Assembly (NCBI GenBank): GCA_016867725.1
Contig: VGIX01000003.1
Coordinates: forward strand, 26,866-90,865
Length of the DNA stretch: 64,000 nt
Source: Candidatus Effluviviaceae Genus I sp.
Lineage (GTDB): Bacteria; Joyebacterota; Joyebacteria; Joyebacterales; Joyebacteraceae
Reading direction: 5' to 3'
Below are positions 20,163 through 30,474 of the stretch, piece by piece. How positions within the stretch are numbered: position 1 is the first letter of the stretch; every line of letters starts with the position of its first letter. The notes under the pieces are model-generated. The model saw only the letters and a list, made by a program, of their open reading frames with translations, ran no database searches and was not told where the DNA came from. The position numbers and the translations under genes are program-made.

Positions 20163-21596
20163 GTGACACCCGTGTTCCACGAGGAGTGCGGGATCTTCGG
20201 TGTCTCCGGCAACTGCGACGCGGCGCGGCTCTCGTACCTCGGGCTCTACGCGCTCCAGCACCGCGGGCAGGAGAGCGCGGGCATCGTCACGTGGGACGGC
20301 GACACGGCGTTCCAGCACCGCGCGATGGGGCTCGTCAACAGCGTGTTCGACGAGACGGTGCTGGACCTCCTCCCGGGCCACGTGGCGATCGGCCACGTGC
20401 GCTACTCCACGACCGGGCAGAGCCGACTCATGAACGCGCAGCCCATCCTCGTGCGGTTCCGCGGCGGGTCGCTGGCGGCCGCGCACAACGGCAATCTCGT
20501 GGACGCCGACCGGCTGCGCTCGACGCTCGAGGCGGGCGGGGCCGTCTTCCGGACGACGACCGACACGGAGACGATCCTCCATCTCATCGCGCGGGCCTAC
20601 TCGAAGAAGCCCGGCCGCTCGCTGGGCGAGCTGCCGTCGGTCCTCTCCGACGCGCTCGCGGGGGTGCAGGGGGCCTACTCCGTGCTCCTCATGATCGACG
20701 GGACGCTCGTGGCGGTGCGCGACCCGCGCGGCTATCGGCCGCTCTGTTTCGGCGCGCTCGGGAGCGGCGGCTGGGCGGTCGCGTCCGAGAGCTGCGCGCT
20801 CGACATCGTGGGCGCGAAGCTCGAGCGCGAGATCGCGCCGGGCGAGATCGTCGTGTTCGATCCGGCGAGCGGCCCGCGCGCGTTCCCGCTCGCCGCGGAA
20901 CGAAGCCCCGAGAGCTTCTGCGTCTTCGAGTACATCTACTTCCTGCGGCCCGACTCGGTGGTTCGCGGCGTCTCGGTCGACGGCGTCAGGCGCGCGCTCG
21001 GGCGGCGGCTCGCGAAGGAGCACCCGGCCGACGCGGACGTCGTGATCGCCGTCCCGGACTCGAGCAACTCGGCGGCGATGGGCTTCAGCGAGGGGAGCGG
21101 GATCCCGCTCGAGATCGGGCTCATCAGGAACCACTACATCGGTCGCACGTTCATCCACCCGAAGCAGTCGCTCCGCGACCTCAGGGTGAGGATCAAGTAC
21201 AACCCCGTCGCCGACACGCTCGCCCGCCGCCGCGTGGTCGTCGTGGACGACTCCATCGTGCGCGGCACGACCAGCCGGAAGCTCATGAGGATGATCCGGG
21301 ACGCCGGCGCGCGCGAGGTGCACCTGCGCGTCGCCTCCCCGCCGATACGCTTCCCCTGCTTCTACGGCATCGACACGCCGACGAAGGGCGAGCTGATCGC
21401 GGCCTCGAAGGAAATCGAGGAGATCGCGCGCTTCATCGGCGTGGACTCCCTGGGCTACGTGTCGTTCGAGGGGCTTCTCGCGTCGTCGCCGCCTCCGCGG
21501 GAGTCCTACTGCGTCGCGTGCTTCGACGGAAGCTACCCGCACGAGTGCATTCTGGACTCGCTGGGCGGCCGCGCGCCGGAGAAAGGAAGGCCATGA
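20163..21596 (+). CDS. purF: amidophosphoribosyltransferase
   Basis: N-terminal CGIFG nucleophile; PRTase motif VVVVDDSIVRGTT; C-terminal Cys cluster. Confidence 0.9.
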   Translation: MTPVFHEECGIFGVSGNCDAARLSYLGLYALQHRGQESAGIVTWDGDTAFQHRAMGLVNSVFDETVLDLLPGHVAIGHVRYSTTGQSRLMNAQPILVRFRGGSLAAAHNGNLVDADRLRSTLEAGGAVFRTTTDTETILHLIARAYSKKPGRSLGELPSVLSDALAGVQGAYSVLLMIDGTLVAVRDPRGYRPLCFGALGSGGWAVASESCALDIVGAKLEREIAPGEIVVFDPASGPRAFPLAAERSPESFCVFEYIYFLRPDSVVRGVSVDGVRRALGRRLAKEHPADADVVIAVPDSSNSAAMGFSEGSGIPLEIGLIRNHYIGRTFIHPKQSLRDLRVRIKYNPVADTLARRRVVVVDDSIVRGTTSRKLMRMIRDAGAREVHLRVASPPIRFPCFYGIDTPTKGELIAASKEIEEIARFIGVDSLGYVSFEGLLASSPPPRESYCVACFDGSYPHECILDSLGGRAPEKGRP

Positions 21597-23155
21597 AGGT
21601 CAAGCGAGCCCTCGTCAGCGTCTCGAACAAGGACGGCATCGTCGAGTTCGCCGGCAGGCTCTCGGAGCTCGGCATCGAGATCGTCTCCACCGGCGGAACG
21701 TCGAGGTCGCTCGCGACCTGCGGGGTCGCCTGCCGCGAGGTGTCGGACCTCACGGGCGCTCCCGAGATCCTGAACGGCCGGGTGAAGACGCTGCACCCCA
21801 GGATCCACGGCGCGATCCTGTGCCAGCCGGAGAAGCCGTCCCACGCGGCGACGCTCGAGGCGCAAGGCATCGAGCGGATCGACATGGTCGTCGTGAACCT
21901 CTACCCGTTCCAGAAGGTCGCCGCCGCGGGGGCCGCGCTCGATGAGGCCCTCGAGCAGATCGACATCGGCGGGGTCGCGCTCCTGCGCGCCGCGTCGAAG
22001 AACTTCGCCAACGTGGTCGTCGTGAGCTCGCCCGAGCAGTACCCGTGGGTCGCCGCGCTCCTCGCCGAGCACGGCGACGTGCCCGAGCACGCGAGGCGGA
22101 GGCTCGCCGTCGAGGCGTTCGCCGTCACGCGCGACTACGACCGGGCGATCCACCGGTATCTTGCGACGGAGTCCGAGTCCTCCGTGGACCTGCCCGCGTG
22201 TCTCGCCCTCGACTACGAGAAGGTCCAGGAGCTCCGGTACGGCGAGAACCCGCACCAGCGCGCGGCGCTCTACACGTCGCTCGGACAGACGCAGGCGCCG
22301 AGCGTCGTCGGCGCGGAGCAGCTGTCGGGGAAGGAGCTCTCGTACAACAACTACCTCGACCTCGACGCGGCGCTCGCCATCGTGCGCGAGTTCCAGGACC
22401 CGGCAGCGGCCATCCTCAAGCACGCCACGCCGTGCGGCGTCGCGATGGCGCCGACGCCGTCGAAGGCCTACGAGCGGGCGCTCGCGTGCGACCCGGTGTC
22501 CGCGTTCGGATGCGTCATCGCCGTGAACCGCAGCGTGGACCAGCGCCTGGCCGAGCTCATCCACGAGACGCACTTCGTCGAGGCCGTCATCGCGCCCGAC
22601 TACTACCGGAGCGCGCTCGATCTCATGACGAAGAAGCAGAACCGGAGGATCCTGCGCGCGACGTTCCCGGACCTCACGCACTACGCGCCGAGACCCGAGC
22701 GGCAGGTGCGGTCGCTCGTCGGCGGCGGCCTCCTCGTCCAGGACCTCGACACGGAGACCCTCAGCCAGGAAGATCTGCGCGTCGTCTCGGAGCGCAAGCC
22801 CACGAAGCAGGAGCTCGACTCGCTCATCTTCGCCTGGCGCGTCGTGAAGCACGTTCGCTCGAACGCCATCGTGATCGCCCGCGACACCGAGACGGTCGGC
22901 ATCGGCTCGGGGCAGATGAGCAGGGTGGACTCGAGCGTGCTCGCCGTGTGGAAGGCGGGGGAGAGGGTGAAGGGAAGCGTGATGGCGTCCGACGGGTTCT
23001 TCCCGATGCGCGACGCCGTCGATGCCGCGGCCGAGGCGGGCGTGACGGCGATCATCCAGCCGGGCGGGTCGAAGGGCGACGACGACTCCATCCTGGCCGC
23101 CAACGAACGCAACGTCGCGATGGTGATGACCGGGCGGAGGCACTTCCGACACTAG
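21593..23155 (+). CDS. purH: bifunctional AICAR transformylase / IMP cyclohydrolase
   Basis: MGS-like N-terminal domain (ALVSVSNKDG...STGGT) and AICARFT domain; ATGA overlap with purF. Confidence 0.9.
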   Translation: MKVKRALVSVSNKDGIVEFAGRLSELGIEIVSTGGTSRSLATCGVACREVSDLTGAPEILNGRVKTLHPRIHGAILCQPEKPSHAATLEAQGIERIDMVVVNLYPFQKVAAAGAALDEALEQIDIGGVALLRAASKNFANVVVVSSPEQYPWVAALLAEHGDVPEHARRRLAVEAFAVTRDYDRAIHRYLATESESSVDLPACLALDYEKVQELRYGENPHQRAALYTSLGQTQAPSVVGAEQLSGKELSYNNYLDLDAALAIVREFQDPAAAILKHATPCGVAMAPTPSKAYERALACDPVSAFGCVIAVNRSVDQRLAELIHETHFVEAVIAPDYYRSALDLMTKKQNRRILRATFPDLTHYAPRPERQVRSLVGGGLLVQDLDTETLSQEDLRVVSERKPTKQELDSLIFAWRVVKHVRSNAIVIARDTETVGIGSGQMSRVDSSVLAVWKAGERVKGSVMASDGFFPMRDAVDAAAEAGVTAIIQPGGSKGDDDSILAANERNVAMVMTGRRHFRH

Positions 23156-23170
23156 GACCGGGAGGGACGC

Positions 23171-23703
23171 ATGGAGGGCAGCAGGCGGCCGCTGGTCGCC
23201 GTTCTCATGGGGAGCGACTCGGACCTTCCGGTGATGCGCGAGGCGGAACAGGCGCTCGCGGAGTTCGGCATCCCGTTCGTCACGCGCATCACGTCCGCGC
23301 ACCGCGCCCTCCGGCGGACGGTCGAGCTCGTCGAGACGCTCGAGGCCGACGGCGTCGAGGTGTTCGTCGTGGGCGCCGGCCTCGCCGCGCACCTCGCCGG
23401 CGTCGTGGCCGGCGTCAGCACGCGCCCCGTCATAGGCGTCCCGCTGGAGGGAGGGAGCCTCCGCGGGTTCGACGCGCTCTGCTCGACGGTGCAGATGCCG
23501 TCGGGCGTCCCGGTGGCGACGATGGCCATCGGGAAGGCCGGCGCGAAGAACGCCGGGATCCTCGCGGCGGAGATCCTCGCCGTCGGCCGGCCTGACCTGA
23601 GGGAGCGCCTGCGGGCCTTCAAGGACTCCCTCCTGCGGGCGGTCGAGCGGAAGGACGCGGAGCTCGGGGGAGGCGGCGCGAGGTCCGGGAAGGAGCGCGC
23701 GGG

Positions 23704-23707
<4 letters not shown>
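23171..23707 (+). CDS. purE: 5-(carboxyamino)imidazole ribonucleotide mutase
   Basis: VAVLMGSDSDLPVM and AHR motifs. Confidence 0.88.
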
Positions 23708-24993
<1,286 letters not shown>

Positions 24994-25064
24994 GAGAGGG
25001 GCGACGACCGCTCCGGCGCGGGGCTCGCGCGGGCGCGCCCACTTCGATGAGCAATGCGGGCTCC

Positions 25065-25093
25065 TTGACGGACCCGCCGGGCGGGTCTAGAAT
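25065..25093 (+). promoter_or_regulatory. sigma70-like promoter TTGACG-17-TAGAAT whose spacer is a perfect 17-nt palindrome (GACCCGCCGGGCGGGTC), a candidate operator, upstream of folE2
   Basis: The hexamers and palindrome were read directly; an in-frame ATG at 25092 lies inside the -10 box, so the CDS start was placed at 25131, which has RBS AAGGGGGGA. Confidence 0.5.
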
Positions 25094-25130
25094 GGCCCCG
25101 CTCGGCAGGTCCGGCCCAAGGGGGGACCGC

Positions 25131-25907
25131 ATGCGGGACATCCAGGACCAGGAGGAGACGAGGGGCATCGGCCTGGACCAGGTCGGCCTCGCGCGCCTTG
25201 CGATCCCGATCCGCGTGCTCGACCGTGACGGGCGGGCACGCGAGGCGACGGCGACGGTCAGCGTGTTCGTCGCGCTCCCGGCCGGCGCCCGCGCGGTTCA
25301 CATGAGCCGCTTCCTCGAGGCGCTCGCTGGAAGCGCCGAGCCGCTCGACCGCGACGTCGTGCGGGAGCTCCTCGCGAACCTGCGGTCCAGGCATGACGCC
25401 CCCGGCGCCGGGATCGAGATGGACTTCCCCTTCTCCGTCACGAAGACAGCACCCACCACGGGCAGCTCGAGCGCCCTTGTCTGCCGAGCCACCGTGAAGG
25501 CCTCGCTTGCGGACTCCTTCCGCTACGCCGTCGGCGTCCGCGTGCCGGTCATGATGGTCTGCCCGTGCTCCGTGGGCGCCGCGGGACGCGCGGGACTGGC
25601 GCAGCGGGGGTACGTGTCGGTATCGGTCGAGGCCGACCGCGCCGTCCGCTTCGAGGACCTCGTGGACCTCGTCGAGTCGTGCGCGAGCGCGCCGGTGCGC
25701 GCCCTCCTCAAGGCCGCCGACGAGCGCGCCCTCCTCGAGTCCGCCGTCAGCCGTCCGTTCTTCGTCGAGGACATCGTGCGGAACGTGACGCAGGTGCTCG
25801 AGGCCGATCCGTCCGTCGACTGGTACAGCGTGGAAGCCGAGAACCTCGAAGGAGCCCACGACCACAGCACGTTCGCGTCCCGCGAGCACCGCCGCGCGGC
25901 GGGCTGA
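25131..25907 (+). CDS. folE2: GTP cyclohydrolase FolE2/MptA family (type 2 GTP cyclohydrolase I)
   Basis: FolE2-like N-terminus (DIQDQ...GIGLDQVGL...IPIRV) and ATVSVFVALPA...HMSRF core recalled from the DUF198/FolE2 family. Confidence 0.7.
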   Translation: MRDIQDQEETRGIGLDQVGLARLAIPIRVLDRDGRAREATATVSVFVALPAGARAVHMSRFLEALAGSAEPLDRDVVRELLANLRSRHDAPGAGIEMDFPFSVTKTAPTTGSSSALVCRATVKASLADSFRYAVGVRVPVMMVCPCSVGAAGRAGLAQRGYVSVSVEADRAVRFEDLVDLVESCASAPVRALLKAADERALLESAVSRPFFVEDIVRNVTQVLEADPSVDWYSVEAENLEGAHDHSTFASREHRRAAG

Positions 25908-25928
25908 GCGGGAAACAGGAGGTGCGCC

Positions 25929-26183
25929 ATGGAGAAGAAGCAGATCGGAAGGGTGTCCCACTACTTCGGAGGGCCGGGCGTAGCGGCCATCGAGCTCTCC
26001 GACCGGCTCGCGGTGGGCGACAGGATCTCGATCGTGGGCCACACCACCGACGTCGAGATGGTGGTCGAGTCGATGCAGATCGAGCACGCGGCCGTCCAGG
26101 AGGCGGGCCGGGGCGACAGCATCGGCATCAAGGTCCCGCAGAAGGTCCGCGAGCACGACGCGGTCTTCAAGGTCACCGGGTGA
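25929..26183 (+). CDS. standalone EF-Tu domain-2-like beta-barrel protein (84 aa)
   Basis: Pattern G.V..Y....VAAIEL...LAVGDRISIVG...VESMQIEHAAVQEAGRGDSIGIKV matches the GTP_EFTU_D2 barrel; strong RBS GGAAACAGGAGG. Confidence 0.5.
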   Translation: MEKKQIGRVSHYFGGPGVAAIELSDRLAVGDRISIVGHTTDVEMVVESMQIEHAAVQEAGRGDSIGIKVPQKVREHDAVFKVTG

Positions 26184-26199
26184 GCGCGAGGCGGAGCGC

Positions 26200-26862
26200 G
26201 TGACGACGCTCACGGCGGCCGCGATCTCGCTCGCGACGCGGCTTCATGCGCCCGATGGCGGGCGGCGCGCCGACGACGAGGCGGCGCGGGAGCTGAAGGG
26301 CGCGGCGCGCGCCTTCGCCTTGCGCTGGCCCGGCGCGCTCTCCGGCGCGCCCACCGTGACGAGCGACGGGGCGCTCGCGCTCCAGATGACGAGCGCGGCG
26401 GCGCTCGTTGACGCGATGCTGTCGCTGGCCGCGTCGCTCCGCGACGACCGCCCGACCTTCTGCGGAGCCGTCGTCAGACTCCAGCGCCCCGCGGAGGCCG
26501 TCGAAATGAGGCTCGTCGCGCAGAGCGACGCCTTCGAACGGGCGCTCGCCGGGCTGCCGGAGTCGGACCCGCGCGGGCCGCGCGTCGTCATGCTCCTGCC
26601 GGACCCTGACCCCGTCCTCGGAGCGCTGCTCGATCTCCTCCTGAGCGCGCACGACGAGATGACCGCGCGGCAGCGTCAGGTCGTGTCCCTCGTCAGAGAG
26701 AGCGAGACCCAGCAGGCCGTCGCCCGCCACCTGAACGTCTCGCGCCAGGCCGTCAACCAGAGCCTCGCGGCTGCCGGCTGGCCGCTGCTTCTGCACGCCG
26801 AGTCCGTGGTCAGGGCACGCCTCGAACGCGCGGCGGGGAAGACCCCGCTGGCGGAGTTGTAA
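26200..26862 (+). CDS. putative transcriptional regulator with a C-terminal sigma70-region-4-like HTH
   Basis: C-terminal TARQRQVVSLVRESETQQAVARHLNVSRQAVNQSL helix-turn-helix; the N-terminal domain is unassigned. Confidence 0.45.
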   Translation: MTTLTAAAISLATRLHAPDGGRRADDEAARELKGAARAFALRWPGALSGAPTVTSDGALALQMTSAAALVDAMLSLAASLRDDRPTFCGAVVRLQRPAEAVEMRLVAQSDAFERALAGLPESDPRGPRVVMLLPDPDPVLGALLDLLLSAHDEMTARQRQVVSLVRESETQQAVARHLNVSRQAVNQSLAAAGWPLLLHAESVVRARLERAAGKTPLAEL

Positions 26863-27014
26863 AGCCCATGCTATTGACTTTGGCCTCCAGAATACGCCGT
26901 CGGGGTGGCTCTTTTCGGGCGTCCGGGCCCGGGCAGCCATCCGCAGCAAACGGCCCGCAGAAGCGGTTTTCGGGGCCTTCCCGGGGCTGTGAGAGAGGCT
27001 GTGGGCGCCTGCGC

Positions 27015-27983
27015 ATGCTCGCGGGGTCCCTGACGGCGGCCCTTCTGTGGGGCGTCGTTGCCGGGCTGGCGGGCGCCGCCGACCCGTCGGCGGCCGCGCT
27101 CGTGGTCCGCGGCGTCCAGGACTACCGCGCGCGCGCGATGCGGTCGGGAACCGAGCAGCTCGAGCGGGCCGTCGCGCTGCGCCCGGGGTGGAGCACGGCG
27201 CGCGCGTCGCTTGCGACGGCGCTGTTCAGGAACGGAGCCGCGGGCAGCGCGGTCGAGCAGTTCGAGGCTCTCATCGGGGTCGGCACGGCGCGAGACCTCG
27301 CGTCGGGCGCTCTTCAGAGCGCCGCGCTCCAGGGCCCCGTCGACCCGAACCACGTGCTGGGACTGGCGATGTCCCTGCAGCAGCTCGGCAGGACGCGCGA
27401 GGCGGAGCGCCTCTACAGGTGCGCGGCGGATCTCCTGGGGCCGACCTCGAAGGAGTCGGGGCGGGCGTACTTCCTCCTGGCGCAGATGCTGAGCGAGCGC
27501 GGCCTGCCGTGGAGCGATCATGAGGCGGAGCTTGCGAAGGCGCTCGCTGTCGACGCAGGCGTGGCGGGGCGCGACGTGCTCCCGCCCTTTCCCGACCTTG
27601 CCGCCGACCCCGAGCTCGAGCCGTACACGTGGCCCGTGACCGCAGCCCGCGCCGACTCGAGCCGCTCGGCGCCGGAGACGCTGCCGCGTCTCGCCGAGTG
27701 GCCGCCGGCGGTCGAGCGCGCGGCGCCGGCGTTCACCGGGGCCGTCACCGTCGAAGCGCTCGTGCTGCCCGACGGCAGCGTCGGGGGGGCGGAGGTCGTC
27801 GCCCCGGCGGAGGTGTCCGAGGAGCTGCGGGAGGCCGCGGTCAGGGCGGTGAGCGCGGCGCGCTTCGACCCGGCTCTCGGGGCTGACGGGTTCCCGATGG
27901 ACGCCTGGGTCGCGATCGCCGTTCCGGGCCGCGTCATCTCGGGCGAGCCGCCGTCGGAGCCCGGTCACCGGGAGACGCCGTGA
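27015..27983 (+). CDS. secreted TPR-repeat protein with a C-terminal TonB_C-like domain
   Basis: Signal peptide MLAGSLTAALLWGVVAGLAGAA; TPR-like helical repeats; C-terminal GAVTVEALVLPDGSVGGAEVV...AAVRAVSAARFDPA...G matches the TonB C-terminal fold pattern. The start was chosen at the signal-peptide Met. Confidence 0.55.
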   Translation: MLAGSLTAALLWGVVAGLAGAADPSAAALVVRGVQDYRARAMRSGTEQLERAVALRPGWSTARASLATALFRNGAAGSAVEQFEALIGVGTARDLASGALQSAALQGPVDPNHVLGLAMSLQQLGRTREAERLYRCAADLLGPTSKESGRAYFLLAQMLSERGLPWSDHEAELAKALAVDAGVAGRDVLPPFPDLAADPELEPYTWPVTAARADSSRSAPETLPRLAEWPPAVERAAPAFTGAVTVEALVLPDGSVGGAEVVAPAEVSEELREAAVRAVSAARFDPALGADGFPMDAWVAIAVPGRVISGEPPSEPGHRETP

Positions 27984-29686
27984 GCGGCGCCGGGGGCAGC
28001 TCGCCGAGCGGCGCGGGCGCAGAGGCGATGGGGCGGCGCGACTGGCTCGCCGTGGCCTGCGCTCTCGCGGTCGCAGCCGTGCTTCGCATCGTCTTCCTGC
28101 GTGAGACGGCCGCCCATCCGCTGTACCAGGCGCTCACCGGAGACCCGGCGCTCTATCACAGACAGGCGCTCGACGTCCTCGGCGGCAGGCCGGCGCCGGA
28201 TCACGCGTACTTCCACTCAAGCCCGCTGTACCCGTTCGTGCTCGCCGCGCTCCTCCGCATCGGCGGAGGCAGCCTGACGGCAGTGCGTGCGGTGCAGTCG
28301 GCGGTCGGCATCGGCACGGTGCTCCTCATCGCGCGACTCGCGGCGGCGGCCTTCGGGCGGCGCGCCGCGGTCGCGGCGGCGTGGCTCGCCGCGCTCTACG
28401 TCCCCTTCATCTTCTTCGAGAGCGAGGTCCTCGAGATCGCGTGGGTGCTGGCATTCGTGACGGGGATGCTGCTCCTGCTCGCCCGGCGGCGCTCAGCGCT
28501 CACGACGGCCGCGGCAGCCGCGGCGGGGGCCCTGCTCGGCCTCGCCTCGCTCGGCAAGCCCAACCTGCTGCTCTTCGCGCCCGTCGGGTCGGCCCTCATC
28601 ATGGCCGGCGCGATGGCCGGCGAGCGGGAAGCACCGCCCCGGGCGGAGCGGCAGGAGGCATGGGGCCGCCGCGCCGCCCCGGCGGTCGTCTTCTTCGTCG
28701 TCACGGGCCTCATGATCCTCCCGGCCACCGTCCACAACCTCAGGACGTCGGGCGACCTCATCCCCGTGTCGTCGAACGGCGGGATCAACCTGTACATCGG
28801 CAACCACGCGGGGGCGTCCGGGATGTTCCAGGTGCCGCCGGAGATGCGCCTCGACCTGCTCGGGTCCTCGACGAGGGCGGCGGAGCGCGAGGCCGGACGC
28901 CGGCTCTCGGCCGGGGAGGTGTCGGACCACTGGGCACGCAAGGCGTTCGCGTACATGAGGTCGCAGCCGGGCTCGTGGCTCGCGCTCATGGCGAGGAAGA
29001 CCGCGCTCTTCTGGAACGCGTACGAGATCCCCAACCACTACCACTTCTACTTCGTGCGCGGGTTCGCGCCGGTGCTTCGCATTCCGCTGTCCACGTTCGG
29101 CGTCGTGGCGCCGCTCGGCCTGCTCGGGCTGTGTCTCGCGGCCGGCCGCAGAAGGCCCCACGCGCCGCTCCTCATCGCGTATGGCGCGACGTTCATGGTC
29201 TCGGTCGTGCTCTTCTTCATCACGGCGAGATACCGGCTCGCCGTCGCGCCGGTCCTGCTCGCCGCGGCCGGGTACGCGCTCACCGAGCTGTGGGCGTTCG
29301 CCCGCGAGGCGAAGTGGCGCTCGCTCGCGGGCGCGGGGGCGGTCCTCGCCGCGCTGGCCGTCGGCGTGAACGTCCCGATGGTCGAGTTCGGCTTCGCGCA
29401 GATGCACAACACGGTCGGCGCCATCCTTGGCGACCGGGGAGACTACGTCGGCGCGGCAACGGAGTTCCGGAGGGCCGTCGGGGAGGACCCGGACAACATC
29501 TCGGCCCACTACAACCTGGGCGTCGCCCTCGTCGAGACAGGAGACCTGGAGGAGGCCGCTCGGGCCTTCGAGCGAGCGACGCGGCTCTATCCGGGCTACC
29601 GGGAGGCCCGGGCCGCGCTCGCCGCGACGCTCGAGCGCATCGAACGAGCGCGCGAGGCGGACGGGAGCGAACGGAGGAGCGAATGA
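27980..29686 (+). CDS. GT39/ArnT/PMT-like polyprenyl-phosphate-sugar-dependent membrane glycosyltransferase with C-terminal TPR repeats
   Basis: About 11 TM helices with a PMT_2/ArnT-like N-terminal architecture; C-terminal TPRs (AHYNLGVALVETGDLEEAARAFERATRLYPGYREA). Confidence 0.55.
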   Translation: MSGAGGSSPSGAGAEAMGRRDWLAVACALAVAAVLRIVFLRETAAHPLYQALTGDPALYHRQALDVLGGRPAPDHAYFHSSPLYPFVLAALLRIGGGSLTAVRAVQSAVGIGTVLLIARLAAAAFGRRAAVAAAWLAALYVPFIFFESEVLEIAWVLAFVTGMLLLLARRRSALTTAAAAAAGALLGLASLGKPNLLLFAPVGSALIMAGAMAGEREAPPRAERQEAWGRRAAPAVVFFVVTGLMILPATVHNLRTSGDLIPVSSNGGINLYIGNHAGASGMFQVPPEMRLDLLGSSTRAAEREAGRRLSAGEVSDHWARKAFAYMRSQPGSWLALMARKTALFWNAYEIPNHYHFYFVRGFAPVLRIPLSTFGVVAPLGLLGLCLAAGRRRPHAPLLIAYGATFMVSVVLFFITARYRLAVAPVLLAAAGYALTELWAFAREAKWRSLAGAGAVLAALAVGVNVPMVEFGFAQMHNTVGAILGDRGDYVGAATEFRRAVGEDPDNISAHYNLGVALVETGDLEEAARAFERATRLYPGYREARAALAATLERIERAREADGSERRSE

Positions 29687-30474
29687 GCGTCGGCGACGGC
29701 GCGATCGTCTTCAAGGACCTCGCGAAGACCTACGGCGACGTGCGGGCCGTGAAGGGCGTGAACCTCGTCATCCCTCGGGGCCAGATCTGCGGCTACCTGG
29801 GACCGAACGGGGCGGGGAAGTCGACGACCGTCAAGATGGCTACCGGCATGATCCGCCCGACGAGCGGAACGGCCGTCGTCGACGGCTTCGACATCGCCGC
29901 CGAGCCCATCGAGGCGAAGCGCCGCATCGGCGTGGTCCCCGAGACCGGGGCCCTGTACGAGAGCCTTACGGCGCGGGAGTACCTCACGCTCGTCGGGAGG
30001 CTCTACCACGTGCCGCCCCACGAGGCCGCCGAGAAGATCTCGTCATTCCTCAGGCTCTTCGGGATCGCCGACGTCCAGGACCGCGTGATGAGCTCGTACT
30101 CGAAGGGCATGAAGCAGCGCGTGCTCATCTCCGCGGCGCTCATCCACAACCCCAGCGTGCTCTTCCTCGACGAGCCGCTTTCGGGCCTCGACGCGAACAC
30201 CGCGCTCGTCCTCAAGGAGCTGCTCCGGGAGCTGGCGGCGCAGGGGAAGACCGTCTTCTACTGCTCGCACGTCCTCGAGGTCGTCGAGAAGGTGTGCCAC
30301 CGGGTGGTCATCCTCAGCCACGGGGAGGTCATCGCGGACGGCAACGTCGAGGAGCTCAAGCACCTGACGAGTCGGGAGTCCCTCGAGGACGTGTTCAGCC
30401 GGCTCACGTCGGCGGGCGACCTCGCGGAGATCGTGAGGGCGTTCTCGGAGAGCGTGCGAGGGGGGCGGCCGTGA
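29683..30474 (+). CDS. ABC transporter ATP-binding protein
   Basis: Walker A GPNGAGKST; signature LSGLD-like YSKGMKQR; Walker B LFLDEP; ATGA overlap with the upstream gene. Confidence 0.85.
   Translation: MSVGDGAIVFKDLAKTYGDVRAVKGVNLVIPRGQICGYLGPNGAGKSTTVKMATGMIRPTSGTAVVDGFDIAAEPIEAKRRIGVVPETGALYESLTAREYLTLVGRLYHVPPHEAAEKISSFLRLFGIADVQDRVMSSYSKGMKQRVLISAALIHNPSVLFLDEPLSGLDANTALVLKELLRELAAQGKTVFYCSHVLEVVEKVCHRVVILSHGEVIADGNVEELKHLTSRESLEDVFSRLTSAGDLAEIVRAFSESVRGGRP

Noticed and set aside
25092-25130. In-frame upstream ATG (25092) that would extend FolE2 by 13 aa (MAPLGRSGPRGDR)
   Set aside because: This ATG lies inside the -10 hexamer TAGAAT of the predicted promoter. The downstream ATG at 25131 has a good RBS and gives a FolE2-typical N-terminus.
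26863-27014. Possible promoter or terminator elements between the HTH regulator and the TPR-TonB_C gene (TTGACT ..., CCGC-agaa-GCGG-TTTT)
   Set aside because: Hexamer spacing is poor and the hairpin is short (4 bp). This is too weak to call.
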